A DNA stretch of 64,000 nucleotides from the human T2T-CHM13v2.0 reference genome, Homo sapiens. This document shows positions 26,632-40,777 of the stretch, in pieces. The first letter of the stretch is position 1, and the number at the start of each line of letters is the position of its first letter. A model generated the notes under the pieces. It was not told the origin of the DNA and made no database searches. It saw only the letters and a list, made by a program, of their open reading frames with translations. The translations under genes were made by a program, and so were the position numbers. The stretch is taken from NCBI RefSeq assembly GCF_009914755.1, contig NC_060925.1. The stretch is one strand, 5' to 3'.

Positions 26632-27799
26632 TCACTTTTTGAAAGTACCGTTGATGTTAAATCTTTCTCCTCTTGTCCTGCCGCTTATGGCACCATGGCA
26701 AATGTTCTTAAAGCCATATGGTCCTTATTTTTTGTAACTCTAAAATGCTTCTCTTATATGTTAATGCATTGCTTAGTGAAGGTGACATAATTGTGTCCAT
26801 CTTAATACACTGATTAGTTTATTAGAATCCCGACAGAGAATATCATATGATCATAGAATTTAAAGTTAACTTTCATTTTTTGTTGAAAGTAGAAATTATT
26901 TTTAAGGCATTCCTGAGGCATAGCATTAAGTATCTACTTAGTTACTTCTGGAGAGAAAGAGGAACTCAGTTTAATTTACCTGTCCTATTGTCTAAACAGT
27001 TGTAGCTATTAGAAAAATAATTATTAGGTTGACTAGAAATTTAACAATAACTGCTATTCATTAGTCTTACTTCTGCTCATTGCAGCAACATAAATCAGTT
27101 TACATCTTCCTCCATATTACAGATGTTAATAGAATATTCTGTGCCTCAACATCAAGTTTAAAGTCTTTTGCATGCTCTATATTTTTCTCTAATTTACTCA
27201 GCAATTACTTATTTGCATACCATATTTCAGCCATAGCGAGTAGCAAGCTGTTTCTTGCCTCCTTGTTTACTCTTTCCAAGGGAAATGAGAAAGCATTTTA
27301 AACTTGTATTGTCTCAACTGTATTTGAAATGACAACTTCATGCTATTCACTGAGTAGCTCTGTAATAACATCATTTCTCCCTCGGTAAAATCCTATTTAT
27401 AATGAATGATCCAGACTGCCTGTTCTATGGCACTTAAAATGTTCCAGATTAAAAACAATAACTCAATTAGTTTGCGTTAAGAACATTCTGGAGGAATAAA
27501 GCAATATAGTCATATTTGAACATGGAGAGGGTTGGGAAATGTTTAGAGCAAAGTTGGGACCTGATAACCTTAGTCACAACTAAGAAACAGCAAAATGGAG
27601 AATTATATGTTAATTGCTTTGGAGGAGGCAGAAAAACTCAGAATTTAGCAACTTATTATGTAGCAGCTAATTATACTTGATTATTTTTGAAAGATAAGGG
27701 ACTGAATTTGATATTTATCAGGTACACACATTCCTCCCATCTTGTTTCAGCTAAACTACTCCTTTATTCCTAAATTTTTGGCATTTTCCATTTTAGGAG

Positions 27800-28350
27800 T
27801 GTTTGGCAAGCTGAAGGCATCACTTAGGAATTTTGACAAATTCCATCAGATAAAGACCATCAGGAACATACCTGCAGTGAAACAAAGTTTTATTAACTTG
27901 CTGTATCAAGGGAGAGTACGCATGATGAGGTACTATGGACTGGATATCTTAGTAAGAAGAGAGAGGCTTTTTTTTTTTTTTTAACAGAATTTAAGCTTAC
28001 ACTGAACAGCTGTAAAGAATGATTCCAGGAATGCAAAGATTAGTTCTGCCTTAAATATCAGATGAGAATAAATTATGGATAAGTTACTGATAAGAAAATT
28101 GCCAAAAGCTAAAGGGTTGTGTGACTTTGCTTGTGTCAATGCTTTAGTTTCTGGTAAGAATATCATAGTCTGATTACCATCATGGCTGAGAGGAAGACTC
28201 AGTGTGTTATCTTCTTGGAAACTAGACTTGTTAACATGTCTGGAAAGCCCTTGTCTGAAGCTGTGCACCTGAATGGAAACCCAAGGCTGCTTCTCAGTGT
28301 CCAGATGACTCACATGGCTAAGACTCTTTAAACAAGAAGGGCATTTCCAG
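27800..28350 (-). mobile_element. Old ERVL-class LTR (family uncertain)
   Basis: gaccatcaggaacatacctgcagtgaaacaaagttttattaacttgc resembles the antisense poly(A)-signal region of old ERVL LTRs; boundaries are uncertain. Confidence 0.4.
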
Positions 28351-30276
28351 TCCTTCTGATAATATTTCAAATAGTAAAGTTTCTGATAGTCTATAATTTT
28401 AGAAAATAAGTTGTTTTAGCGCCTTGTCCTTGATATTGCTAAACAAAAGACATTTTAAAAACTGTTACAATTTTTTGTGACCAAAATATAACATTTAAAT
28501 ACACTACAATTTACACCATCATTCATATTTACACCATCACATTATTTTTTACATATTGGGCAATTAATTACATATTGAGTAATTGTTCTAATACAATTCT
28601 ATTTAGTGTAAGAAAAATAAAACTAAATAGTCAAAGTGAAGAAAAAGTGTTAAATTTTCATTCTCAGAAGACAGTTTGAACAACCTTCAGGAGATAGATT
28701 GCTTTGAAAGACTGTGTAGTATTTTGCTTAATTGATTAATGACTTTTGAAATTTTAGCTTCAGGGACTTTTGAAGATTAATTTAAAATATAATACTGCTA
28801 TTGATTAAAATAATAATTGGCCTGTTATTTAAGGGTTGTCTTTCTCCTTCAAATGAACTTGTGCTATTTCTGAAAAAAGTGCCAGATCATCAACATATGA
28901 AGTACTCAGAAGTATAACTTGATTATATTAAAATGTATCATTTTAGCATCATTAATCTTTACTTTTCAAGCAAAAGGCAATAACTAAGGGGTGAAATTGT
29001 TATAACCAAAGAAAAGTTAAAGGATGCTCAGTCCGAAGGTATAGAGTATCTTTCCTACCACACTTCCATGCAAACATTAATTTTTTGGGGTAAATGCAAT
29101 GTCAGCATCCATAGACTTTGAATAAGAGCAGTTTCTTTTGCTTAATGAGGTGATGTAACCTGTTAATATTTCAGGTCACTACCTTGAGAGCTTTCAGTAC
29201 TTAAGCAATTTAGACTCACAGAAAATGAGCAGAGGGAGAACAAATAGATCAATACATGATTGCTAAGGCGATGACAAATTTGTAGCACTTCACTTTCAAC
29301 ATAAGGGATCCCAAGAAAAGACAAAATGCACTGCTAAAATGGGAAAATAACCAGTTTTTGCCAGGCAGCAGTAATTTCTGTGACACAACATAAGCAAAAA
29401 TATGCAGTAAAATTGGTTTGTTATAAAAGAACATGTAACATTAAAGAGATACACACAGGAAATGTGTGATAAACTAGTCTATTATATATTGGAATTTAAC
29501 AAAAGGCAGACTCATCCTGTACGTATCCAATGAGGTATAGTTATGGAGTCCTTATCCTAAGGTGACTTCATCAATAAGGCAATGAACTAGCAAGCACCTA
29601 GAGGCTAATGATGCTGTGATGTATCAGTGTCTTTTAAACTCCATTAGCCGAGGGCAAAAAGAATAGAGATGACAAACACTTCATTAACGAAAGTACAATT
29701 ATGAAATAAACTTATATGAAAATATTAAAGTTTTAGATGTGATGATATTGATGGATTTACATTTTGAGGGGTACTACTATAAATTATGCTACCATCAAAG
29801 AGATAATGACTATGAAATAATTTTAATTAAAAATCCCTACACAAATCAGTTGATATTTGACAAAATAACAATGTACACTATAGATTCTAAATGAGGAGAT
29901 TTAAAAACTTTGATATGAATTCCTGTAATGTCAGCCAAAAGCTAAGGGAAGCTACATGCCTACAGGAAGCAAGTATTATTTCTTGGTCTAGCATTGCCTA
30001 TGACAGCTAGTTTAACTCTGCCTAATTCTGGACATCAGCTTTAGCAAATTTACTTGTCAAAGATAACTAGTTCTGTAGTGTTTCACTAGTCTCTATTAGT
30101 AATAAAATGATTTGTTTGATATCTCATCTGTTCAGACTAAGAATCTTTTTTCAAAATTACAATAATCCTTATTTCATGGAAACTTTGCGAAGTTAAATAA
30201 TGTGCCCAATACCAGAAAAAGTTTTCTGCTTTGATAGTCTCCCTCACACCCCTTCTCTTCTAACCCTTCTAATATA

Positions 30277-30478
30277 CAGATGCTCCTCAATTTATGATGG
30301 GGTTACATCTGGATAAACTTATTGCACTTTGAAAATATTGTAAGTCAAAAATGTATTTTTAACTTAGAGTATTTTCAACTTATAATGGGTTTATCTGGAT
30401 ATAATCTCATTATAAGAAAACACAATTATAAAGTGGAAAATTTCTTAAGTTGAACCATTGTGAGTTGAGGACTGCCTA
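30277..30478 (+). mobile_element. MER47/Tigger5-family MITE with an internal palindrome
   Basis: TA-CAGATGCTCCTCAA...GTTGAGGACTGCCTA-TA, with an internal inverted copy of the left end. Confidence 0.8.
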
Positions 30479-31482
30479 TAACAGTCTTGGGAGAGTGAAC
30501 TTTGAGGTCTAGTTTACTTTGGAACAGAAGTGCAGGGCATATACTTTTGCCTATATACCCTGATTCAGTCTATTGAAGTCACTCTTGTCTCTAACCCATG
30601 AAGATGGCAAAATCATCAATCCTCTCTGGACATAGTCTTGATCAATTATATTGTAGAAATGCCTCTGAGTGGCATCCATCTTCTACTTTCCATCCCATAT
30701 TTTTAAATTTCATATTTTTATTCCTTTTCATTTTTAGACTTGCATCCCAACTTATAGCTTGCTTAAATTAGCTCCATTTAAACATTTTTAGCATTCACTT
30801 TCACAATGTTTATCAACATTACCATCTAGGGAGTCACTGTGTTTTGAATTCAAACAACACTCTAAAAATAAAATGTGTTAACTAGTTGGAACTACATCTT
30901 AACAAAATAATTTAAAATGACTAGAATGATCTGTATCTATCCATATCAATTAATATTTAAGGCTTTTAGATTCAAATAAAGACTATTTAATGCCTATATT
31001 CAGGCTGAGTTTCACTTTCAGTTGCTGTGATCAATTTTGACCTGAATCAGTAAGAATTTCAACATTATCAGCTCTTCAGTTTGGGCGTGGACGTCAAGCC
31101 ACAACTGAGGCCAGTCTGACTCTAGAACTGTGCCCCAAGCTCTGACAATTGCTCTCCTCTTGTGCACAACAGTTTCTGAGTATCTTTCTTAATTTTTCTC
31201 TGTTTTCTCTTTGCCATTTTAGTGTCAGAATTCTGTCCCAAGTCTGGAAACTAGAAAAGGATTCATTCAAATCGTGTTTCATAGAACAAACCAAATCAAT
31301 CATCTAAGAACTGAGATAGGAATTTCACCTCAAGGCAGAATTTATTTAAGAAACAAGTTTTATGTGCTAAAATCTGTTAGATTCTGTAGGTGTAACTTTG
31401 ACTAAAACTAAAATGATTCTGCCATTATTTAACGTAAAGGCAACGTGAGATGAAGGCCAATTACAAAGGATTGTGTTATAGA

Positions 31483-32231
31483 TGCTAGAAAATTTTTAAA
31501 AAACAGCAAACTTTTTTCTGTATTCTCATGGCACTTCTCACACCAAATGTGTGTCTGTTCCATACTAAGCAAGTCTCCAAATCTTCAAATACTAATTGGT
31601 ATCCTATAATTCAGTCTAATTCTGATGCTGTCTACCAGGAGTTAGTATAGATTCCACAAGTAAATGGATTAGTCCGTCAAGATTGGCTCCACTTCAGATG
31701 CCAGTCTTGAGCCCAGGCCTCCCCACTTCCAACCAACCAGCTGCAAATCAGGTCTTTCTACAACCCCTTTCTTGGGTTTGATAATTTGCTAGAATGACTC
31801 CCAGAACTCAGGGAAACACTTTACTTACATTTACTGGTTCCAGAACCTCTGTGTGTTCAATGACCCAGAAGCTCTCCGAATTCTATCATTTAGGATTTCT
31901 GTGTATGTTCCATCACACAGGCATGATTGATTAAGACATCAGCTATTGGTTATTGAACCCAATCTCCAGAGCCTCTCCACTCCCCAGAGGGCAGGAGGTG
32001 GGACTGAAATTTCCAACCCTCCAATCACATGATTGGTTGGCAAACAGTTCCCATTCTCCAAGATTCACCTCATTTGCATAAACTCAGGTATATTTTAAAG
32101 GGACTTATTATAAATAATGAGATGATCCTCTCACCACATCACTCAGGAAAGCCCAAAAATGTTAGGAGCTCTGTGCCAGGAACTGGGGAAGAAGACCAAA
32201 TATGCATTTCTTATTATGTCATAATATCACA
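31483..32231 (-). mobile_element. MER21-family LTR
   Basis: cacttctcacaccaaatgtgtg...acttcagatgccagtc...gataatttgctagaatgactcccagaactcagggaaacact...ataatatcaca. Confidence 0.85.
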
Positions 32232-32364
32232 GGTGCTATTTGAGAGAATAATGGGATGCTATAAGCCCATTCTGACCATTTTCTTCCTTGGGAAAATTAA
32301 TGTAGATTTCTCCAGATTTTTGGTTGTGTGCTCTGTTTGCCAACTAGCCATTGAAGTTCAATGT

Positions 32365-32475
32365 ATTCATTCATTCATTCATTCATTCATAATTCACATT
32401 ATATTTCAAAGAGTATTTAAACTTGTATTTTATGCTAGCCCCTATGCCAAGTGCTAGGTAAGATGATGACAAACT
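32365..32475 (-). mobile_element. L2 3' tail with (TTCA)n
   Basis: (attc)n followed by tatgccaagtgctagg. Confidence 0.6.
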
Positions 32476-33289
32476 AAATAGGAGACCTCACCTTGGCTAA
32501 TCCACAGTGTGGCATAATTGATATGAAGAGAAAGACCAGCTTGATATGTGAAAGGTTGACAAAGAAATTACTTTGATTATGTTGCTCTCTTATTTTGACT
32601 GTTTATCTGGAGATTGAATCTTACCCTTATAATGAATTTTCTTTGGTAAACTGTGGCTGAGTCAGCCCCAGCCGCTTCTCAGTTTCCTCTTCTGCCCCAG
32701 CTTCATGTCCTCTTTCCCTATTCTTTCTAGTGTCCACTCTACTCCAATAGGCAATCAGTTATGTTCTGGTCAATTCTATCAAATCATGTACTAACTTGAT
32801 TCACTAGTCACATCTAAAATAGAGTTTCACCAATCTCTAAAGAGTGGAATGATGTTAGAAAAAGTAAAGTAAGTTTTGTGAAATAAACAGAGCCAATAAT
32901 AATATAAATCTATATGTAAATATATCTTATTTCACAAAATTTTCTTTAAAAAGGCTTTATGTTTATAAGCTATTTTGGGTAATATGTGTTAGAAAATCCT
33001 TATTCAGTGGAAATATTCGGTCTGCAATCCATTATTGGCATAGTGCTATGGCAGTGATAATAACTGGTCATTTTATTTGTGGTAATCATTTGAAAAATGT
33101 ATGGAATCAACTTTGGAATTTCTGTATCACTTTACAGGCTTTGCATGTTAAAAAGGAATGTAGAAATTGATGCAATATTGGCCAATATATGCAATTCTGA
33201 TGGTAGAGATGATAAATAGTCTTCCCAGTTTTGTATTTCCACTTATATCCTCTAAAATTATCCCTAAAAAATAGCTATTCAGTCAGTAC

Positions 33290-33631
33290 ATCACAGTCTT
33301 TGTGCATCTAGAAGTGGACATACGACTAGTGGTTTCTTGTTTTTTTTTTTTAAACTAGTGAAATATGAGCCAAAGTGACGTGTGTCATTTCCAGGCCAAG
33401 GTTTTTAAAAAAGTTGGTGTTCATTCCCCATACTTTTCCTTCAACAGCTAGAATTATATTAGATGTGGTCTTAAACAGAAGAAGCCTCATACCTGAATCA
33501 CCACATGAAAAGCAGTGATCTGTGCACATCGAGCAATGCTTTGAACTCTGACATTAGCCAGAAATACTTTTGTTTTATTTCAGGTATTAGAGACTATATG
33601 TTATAGTACCTAGTATTACCCAAACTAACAA
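33290..33631 (+). mobile_element. MLT1J-like MaLR LTR
   Basis: gaaatatgagccaaagtgacgtgtgtcatttccaggcc...cctgaatcaccacatg...cctagtattacccaaactaac. Confidence 0.65.
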
Positions 33632-33854
33632 CTCTCTTGGTACATACTGTGACAATACATTAGGAAGAATTGAAAATAAGGTTTTTATTCTTATTCAAGC
33701 AAAGCGAGTCTCAAATTGTGAATAAACATTTTTGATGCGAGGGAAGGATTTGAAAGGATATTCTAGTGTGAAACAGCACTTTCTTGAGCTAGTCAGAGAG
33801 GGAGAAACAATTGAATTTGAGTTTTTGAAATGGGTATTTGAACTCTTAATGAAT

Positions 33855-34370
<516 letters not shown>

Positions 34371-34464
34371 GCTGTAACTTACTCTGAAGTGAAGTTTAGC
34401 TTCACATAAGATTACCATTCAAGCTGATTACCAAATGTTATTGCTTGGAGCTACTTTTACAACA

Positions 34465-34680
34465 GGGAATGGTGGGTAACATCTAGGTCACAGGTGTCAG
34501 AGTTCAAGCATTGAATCCTGATTCTATCTCTCACTGCTAGCTGTATGAATGGGGACAATTTCCTCTGGTCCTAAATTTCCTCACTGTAAAATGTGTTTGT
34601 TATGAAAATTAAATTAGTTGATACACATAAAGATCTTATGTGTAGAGCACATAGTAAGCGCTCAACAAATATAGATGGTA
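34465..34680 (+). mobile_element. MIR
   Basis: ttgaatcctgattcta...tttcctcactgtaaaatg...gcacatagtaagcgctcaacaaat. Confidence 0.75.
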
Positions 34681-35119
34681 TCTGCACCTCTCTTTAAAAA
34701 GTCTAAAGCTACAGAGGAGTGAAGAATCCCATATATTAAAAACAAACAAACAGAAATGAAAACAAAAACAAAACAATCATCAGCTCAGAGGGTAAATGAT
34801 ATACCAAAAATGGATACACCTTTTTTGCCAAATAAAAACAAGAGATACATTATTGAAGAAGCAAGATGAAAAGAGAAAACAAAGTAAACAAAATCCTAGT
34901 ACCATTTGCATGCTTGTAACATTTTCCCAGTGTTAATCCATTTTTTTCTTCTGTTTACCACTTCTTTCTCTTAAAATTACTGAAAAAAAAGAGCCTCCAA
35001 AATCCTCAAGAATGGTTGATACTTTGGAGAATGGAATAGAAAGAAAGTAGGAAGGAAGGAAAAGCTGCGAAAATTCTTCTGTGTTTCTCAGAGGAATGAG
35101 GCACGTCAGAAATGGGAGG

Positions 35120-35138
35120 CGGCAGCCAGAGGGAGCCC
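35120..35138 (+). promoter_or_regulatory. Candidate CTCF motif
   Basis: CGGCAGCCAGAGGGAGCCC matches the CTCF core CCASYAGRKGGCRSY with about 2 deviations; several CpGs are retained nearby. Confidence 0.35.
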
Positions 35139-36799
35139 GTAGCTTAATTAAGTCTCACAGGAGACACTGTGATTGCATCTTAAGTGAGGGGAAGAATGAA
35201 TACAGAATGGTTCCAGGGCAGTTTGTATCAACAGGGGACCCCTCCCCTTGTTTCTTCTCTCTGCCTTCAAAAGTGTTTCTTAAATACCAATATGTTGTCT
35301 TCAGCTTTGTCTTTTTTATTTTTTTTAAGTTTCAGAAAATTAAGAAGATTAAAAAATGAAATTTGTGTATAAGGGAAGCTCACTTTGGAGACATGAGATC
35401 ATTTATTCTGGAAAATCAGTGTCTGGGGGAAACAAAAGCAGCAACAATAGTCAGGCAGACATTTAAGTGAGGCTTTAATCTACAGGCTCAGCACAGATGA
35501 AGACTGTGTATGAAACAACAGATCAAAAGTAGCCAGTCCTAGGCAAGAGACTTCACACAGCATAAAGTGTGTAGAGAATTTGCGACCTTGGAATTAGGCA
35601 TGTATTTACTTATCTCTTAATGCACTGCATGGAACTTTACAACGAGTGGGAAAGCATGTGTTACAGGCATTGATCAAATATCTATCAACATGTCTCAATT
35701 ATTTATCCATCCTATTTGAGCCAAACTATTACACTCATGCCAGACAGGGATAGGAAAATGACTCTGTAGTAACTGCAGATAAACAGCGAGTGCGATGTTG
35801 TGCATTTTATTTTGTGAATGGTGACATGCCATGTTAATCAAAATAACCACATTTCACCTTTCAGCTTTCTTTAAATTGAAGCCCTTGAAGTCTTTTTGGA
35901 TCTTTTCTTTTCTCCTGGAGAGCTAAAGCATAGCTCCCTACATTTTCTCAGGTGTGCCTATGGTTGTAATTATCACTGTATGCTGATGCCACTGATTTTC
36001 TTCTTAGCCCAGTTTTGTTCTCTAGCTCCTGCATAATTTATTCAGCCATATCTATTCAGGTAGGACCAAAATAGAGCTCATGATCTCCAACCCCAATGCA
36101 TTTACTTTGCAAATCAATAAGTTAGAAATTACCTATGACACCTCTCTGTCCCTCATCATTTACACAAAATTCACCATTGATTCCTTCTACATGTCATTAA
36201 ATAGTCATTTGAAATATTAATTTCATGATTATGTAGTATTTTATCTTTGTTCTCGAATGTATTTAACCATCTTCTCTTCCGGGTATTTAAGCTGATTCTA
36301 AGTTTTCATTATTATATGTAATATATAAAATAATAAACATTCACTAATGTATTAAATAATATAGTATATAATTGATTTTATTAATTACTAATTATTTCCC
36401 TATTGATAATTTCAAACCTCCTAGAAGCCATAAGTTACATTCATAAAATTGGTCTTTAACAGGAAAAAAATGATGATGCCAAATGTTTTGATTACTTTTG
36501 AAATTCACATAGTTGCAAATGTACTCATTGTTTACACATTTGTAAATGTTTTCATGAAAAAGTCAAGAAAATTTAATGTGTAAGAGACCCTTAACCAATA
36601 TTAACATTTTAGAACTACATACATCATTACAGATTGCCCCAAGGATCACAGGTGTTTCTTTTGTTGACTATATTAAAGAAGACACTAGCTTTGTTAAAAT
36701 ATTTCTTTTATATTGGAAAGAATATTTGGAACATATGATATAAAAGTGGGTGAAATACTTACAATCATATATCTGGAAATAATTCTCTTTATAACAAGT

Positions 36800-36990
36800 A
36801 TCTACCAAGTACTAACTATGATTAGGAACTGTGCTAAGTGCTTTGCATGAGTTGTCTCTCGATGATCTAATGCAACTGGTACCATTATCATCACATTGTA
36901 GAGAAGAAAAATAACCCTCATGGTAAATATTTGTCCAAGGCTATTAATGACAAAGAGAACATGCTTTTAATATCTGAGTATCCTGCTATC
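36800..36990 (-). mobile_element. MIR fragment
   Basis: actatgattaggaactgtgctaagtgctttgcatg...ggtaccattatcatcacatt...ttgtccaagg. Confidence 0.6.
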
Positions 36991-39517
36991 ACTTAGTATT
37001 GAAAAATATTATTTAGAATACTAGATACAACTAAATTCACAATTCACCACCTTCTGAAAAGAGAACCAGCTTCAGAAATATAAACAACAAAAATTATTTC
37101 ATCTTGATTATCTACATCTTCTGTGTGAGTCAGTTTATTCATAATAACAGGTTTTATAAAATTGTTGTCATGAAATACTAATAATATATAATTATAAGTG
37201 AATTTACTAATGGGAGTAAATGCAGGACCAATACTTTTGTATATCTGTTTTCTTACGTGTAACAAAGTAACATGGAGAATTTATAGCTCTGTTATTACTT
37301 TACCAAATTTCTTGCTCTCAATTCCAAATTCTACTTTTTCTGAATTAGCACATTACCTTTCTTTTCATGAACAAGTAAACAAAGGCCAGATCGGTTATAT
37401 TTCTTTACCAAGGCCAAGAACTTGAGTCAAAGACCCTGATACACATGCAGAATATAATCATTTCTACTCCCCATTGCATCCTGCTGTCACACATTAACAT
37501 CTTGTTGACTAAAACTTGACTCATATGATGCTATGAAAAACCAGTAATTTTCAGATATTAAAATTCTCTATCACAGGAAAGTTACTTAAATATTTAAAAA
37601 GTAACTGCTCTTTTTTCTGTCTTCTACAGCTGCCATTTTCTGTAAATATTTATAATTTCATTAATTCTGTTTAAATCAGGAAGTCATCCTTCTGAAAAGG
37701 ACTTTACTTAGAACTACAGGTTGAAAACTAAACATTTCCCACCACATAGATTTTTCTTTATGAAAATGTTACAGTTGAGAATATGAACAACACCTGACCT
37801 CTGTTATATTTGTCATTGCCCTGACTCAAGGAAGGGCAGACACTGAGTTTAAGTACAGAGAGCCTATAGTCAGGTATTTCTCTAGTATAACAATTCTTTT
37901 CATATTACATAAAGGATATGCCTTCACTTTGTAAACAAATCTGATTATATGGATAAAGTGACCAGCATCTGCTGAAATCCCCTTTCTAACTTACCAAACT
38001 TAGTGGTTTGTGTTGTGTACTTACAGTTCTATTTCTACACATTTGCATTTGCAGTGCATTTAATGGTCAAAAACACATACTATTGTATATTACTCTAAAT
38101 AATATAATTAAGATGCAGTGTTTTATTACAACTAAATATAATTCAGTTTTTCTTTTATGTATACTCAGTAATATGTATGAGATCTTTCCAAATTAATATG
38201 TTTGGATCCATCATATTTACTTTTACTGCTACAGAGGAATGTCTGAAGTTTCTATTTCTGTTTTTTCTGGATTTCAATTCCTCCAATAAAAGTGTCCGTC
38301 TTGTCATCTATTATACAACTATCCTGGAGGTCCATTTCTACTGTTTCTTATGTTTTTTCTGGTTTTTAATAATTTAATTTTACATTCTGGTATCATTGTT
38401 ACTTTTTACTGAATGCCAGTCCTTTTGTGTTAAAAGAAAAAAAAAAAAGCTGGGAGTAATTTGTGACTCTGAATACTAACTTTCTCCAGAGGAAAGCTTA
38501 GCTTATTCCAATGAGGAATTGAGCTTACTCGTAGCTCTGTTTCAGTGGTTGTAGCATTTGCCTGTTTTGATGCGTCGTTACTCCTGGTATGTAATTGGTC
38601 ACATCTGAAAGCCTGGAGAATTTGCCATGTCCCTTCTACCGTAGCAGGCCCTGAGACTGATTTTTTCTTCCATGCCCTGGAGACTGATGATAGGTCTACT
38701 TCGTTTTTCAGACCCTGTGCTGCTTTGGCACATGCCTCATGTTGAAAAAGTTTCAGTCACATCTCTTCATGCGCCTTCTTTTCAATATCTTCACTCTGAG
38801 TGCAAACTATCCGGGTAGATCTCTGATGCCTTGAAACATAAATATTTTTCTAGCTTATTTAGAGTTTATTGTGTATGTTAGTCCTCCACAGCCAAAGTTA
38901 AAGTACCTTCAAATGGCTTTTTAATACTTAAAAGGTGTCCTTTTCAAATAATATCCTAATCATGTACGATTCACAAAAATACAAATGTAGGCAATATTCT
39001 AAGTTGGATAGGAAATCATACATATCCACTGCCTTTAATATTTTAAGATTTTAAATTGTATATCATTTTTATAAGCAATATAGCAATACCTATCGAATTT
39101 TGGAATGCTCATATATATTGATTCAGTATTTTTTCTTCAAAATATGTATCTTAATTATTATATACACATACAAATGTACCATATAATAAACCTGTAAATG
39201 AATTTCAGCTCTCTTTATATTAGTAAATCCCTATGACCTACCTGGATTCCATTATTAGTAGATTGATTTTATAAAGTTTTATGAATTAATGCAAGGCAAT
39301 ACTATGTAACTATTAAAAAGGTGAGATAGAAGTACCTACATAGAATCATGAATGAAAACAATCCACAAAACATATTACAATCTTTACAGGATGTTAAGTA
39401 AAACAGGGAATTTTAGAAAACTGTATTTTATATGGCATTATTTTTAATTAAAATGTTGTATTAATGTACGAGTGTGTGTGAAATAGTAATTGTCTGAATG
39501 ACAAGAATGGATAAGGG

Positions 39518-39794
39518 GGCCGGGTGCGGTGGCTCACCCAGCACTTTGGGAGGCCGAGGTGGGCGGATCATGAGTTCAGGAGATCGAGACCATCCTGGCC
39601 AACATGGTGAAACCCCGTCTCTACCAAAACTACAAAAATTAGCTGGGCATAGTGGTGCATGCCTGTAGTCTCAACTACTCAGGAGGCTGAGGCAGGGGAA
39701 TCACTTGAACCCAGGAGGCGGAGGCCGCAGTGAGCCAAGATCACACTACTGCACCCCAGCCTGGCGACAGAGTGAGACCCTGTCTCAAAAAAAA
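39518..39794 (+). mobile_element. AluSc
   Basis: Diagnostics gagatcgagaccatcctggcc and ctggcgacag; perfect 15-bp TSD AAGAATGGATAAGGG at 39503-17 and 39795-809; 10-bp deletion near the 5' end. Confidence 0.95.
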
Positions 39795-40777
39795 AAGAAT
39801 GGATAAGGGAACAGGAAATTGTGGGATTAGGGGTTTAAAGTCATCTTACTTCCACTGTGTTACCTTTACGTGCCACTCTCCGTATTTAACTTTTTACTAT
39901 TGTAGTTTATACAAAATAGGATAATTTGCTATAAATGGTAAAGTGGAGTCAATCTAATCACTGGGCCTGTAAAACTGACAAAGCAATTAGAGACTGATTT
40001 TCATTTTCATTAGGAGATCTCCTTATTTCAGTGTTACAACTCAGTGTGTGATAACATGTAAGACAAATGGTATATAGATTCAAGCCTTTCTGGGTCATCT
40101 AAATCCAAGTAAAAATGAGCAGTATATGACTGATGATCAACATTTAACAGGGCTGTTTTCTCATTTAGGGATTTAGTGCATTATCTCATGACTTATGAAG
40201 ACATAATAGCTAATAATAATATTCTGGTAATATATCAGTGTGATCAGATATTTCTTTTGATTTGTTCAAAAAATTTAAGAAATCGCCATAGAAATTATTC
40301 ATGGGGATGAGTTACCCTTTTGTACCTTTCTCAATAACAAGTTTTTGTATCACTGTTGACAAAGTTTTCAATGTTAATATTAACCAATGGCTCCATGGAG
40401 AGTACAAAGTTCAGGCAACTTTCAAATTGTTTTGAGCCATCTGAAGGATTTGTGAAGAGATTAGTGTATAGTTTATTAATCTGAAATCAGTTGGTTTAAT
40501 GAAGATATTGGTTCCAGATTTTGGATCAGGATTTTGAAATAAAACCAGATAGTCTCAAGGCTAATGTTCAGGACATACAAAACTCTAAGATATTTCATAT
40601 GACAAAATTATTTTGCCAAACTTCTGAAAAGTACCCTGCTGGGTAAACTAGTTACTCTCTAATAGCCAATTCTAATAGAGCTTTAGTCTTTATGTGGCAA
40701 ACAGAGTCAAACAAAAATATTCAAAAAAAGATATATCTGCACTTCCTCATGCTATCACAGTTTATGCAGACAATTAT

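Noticed and set aside
32029-32457. 142-aa ORF
   Set aside because: Runs through the MER21 LTR and an L2 (TTCA)n tail; a chance read-through.
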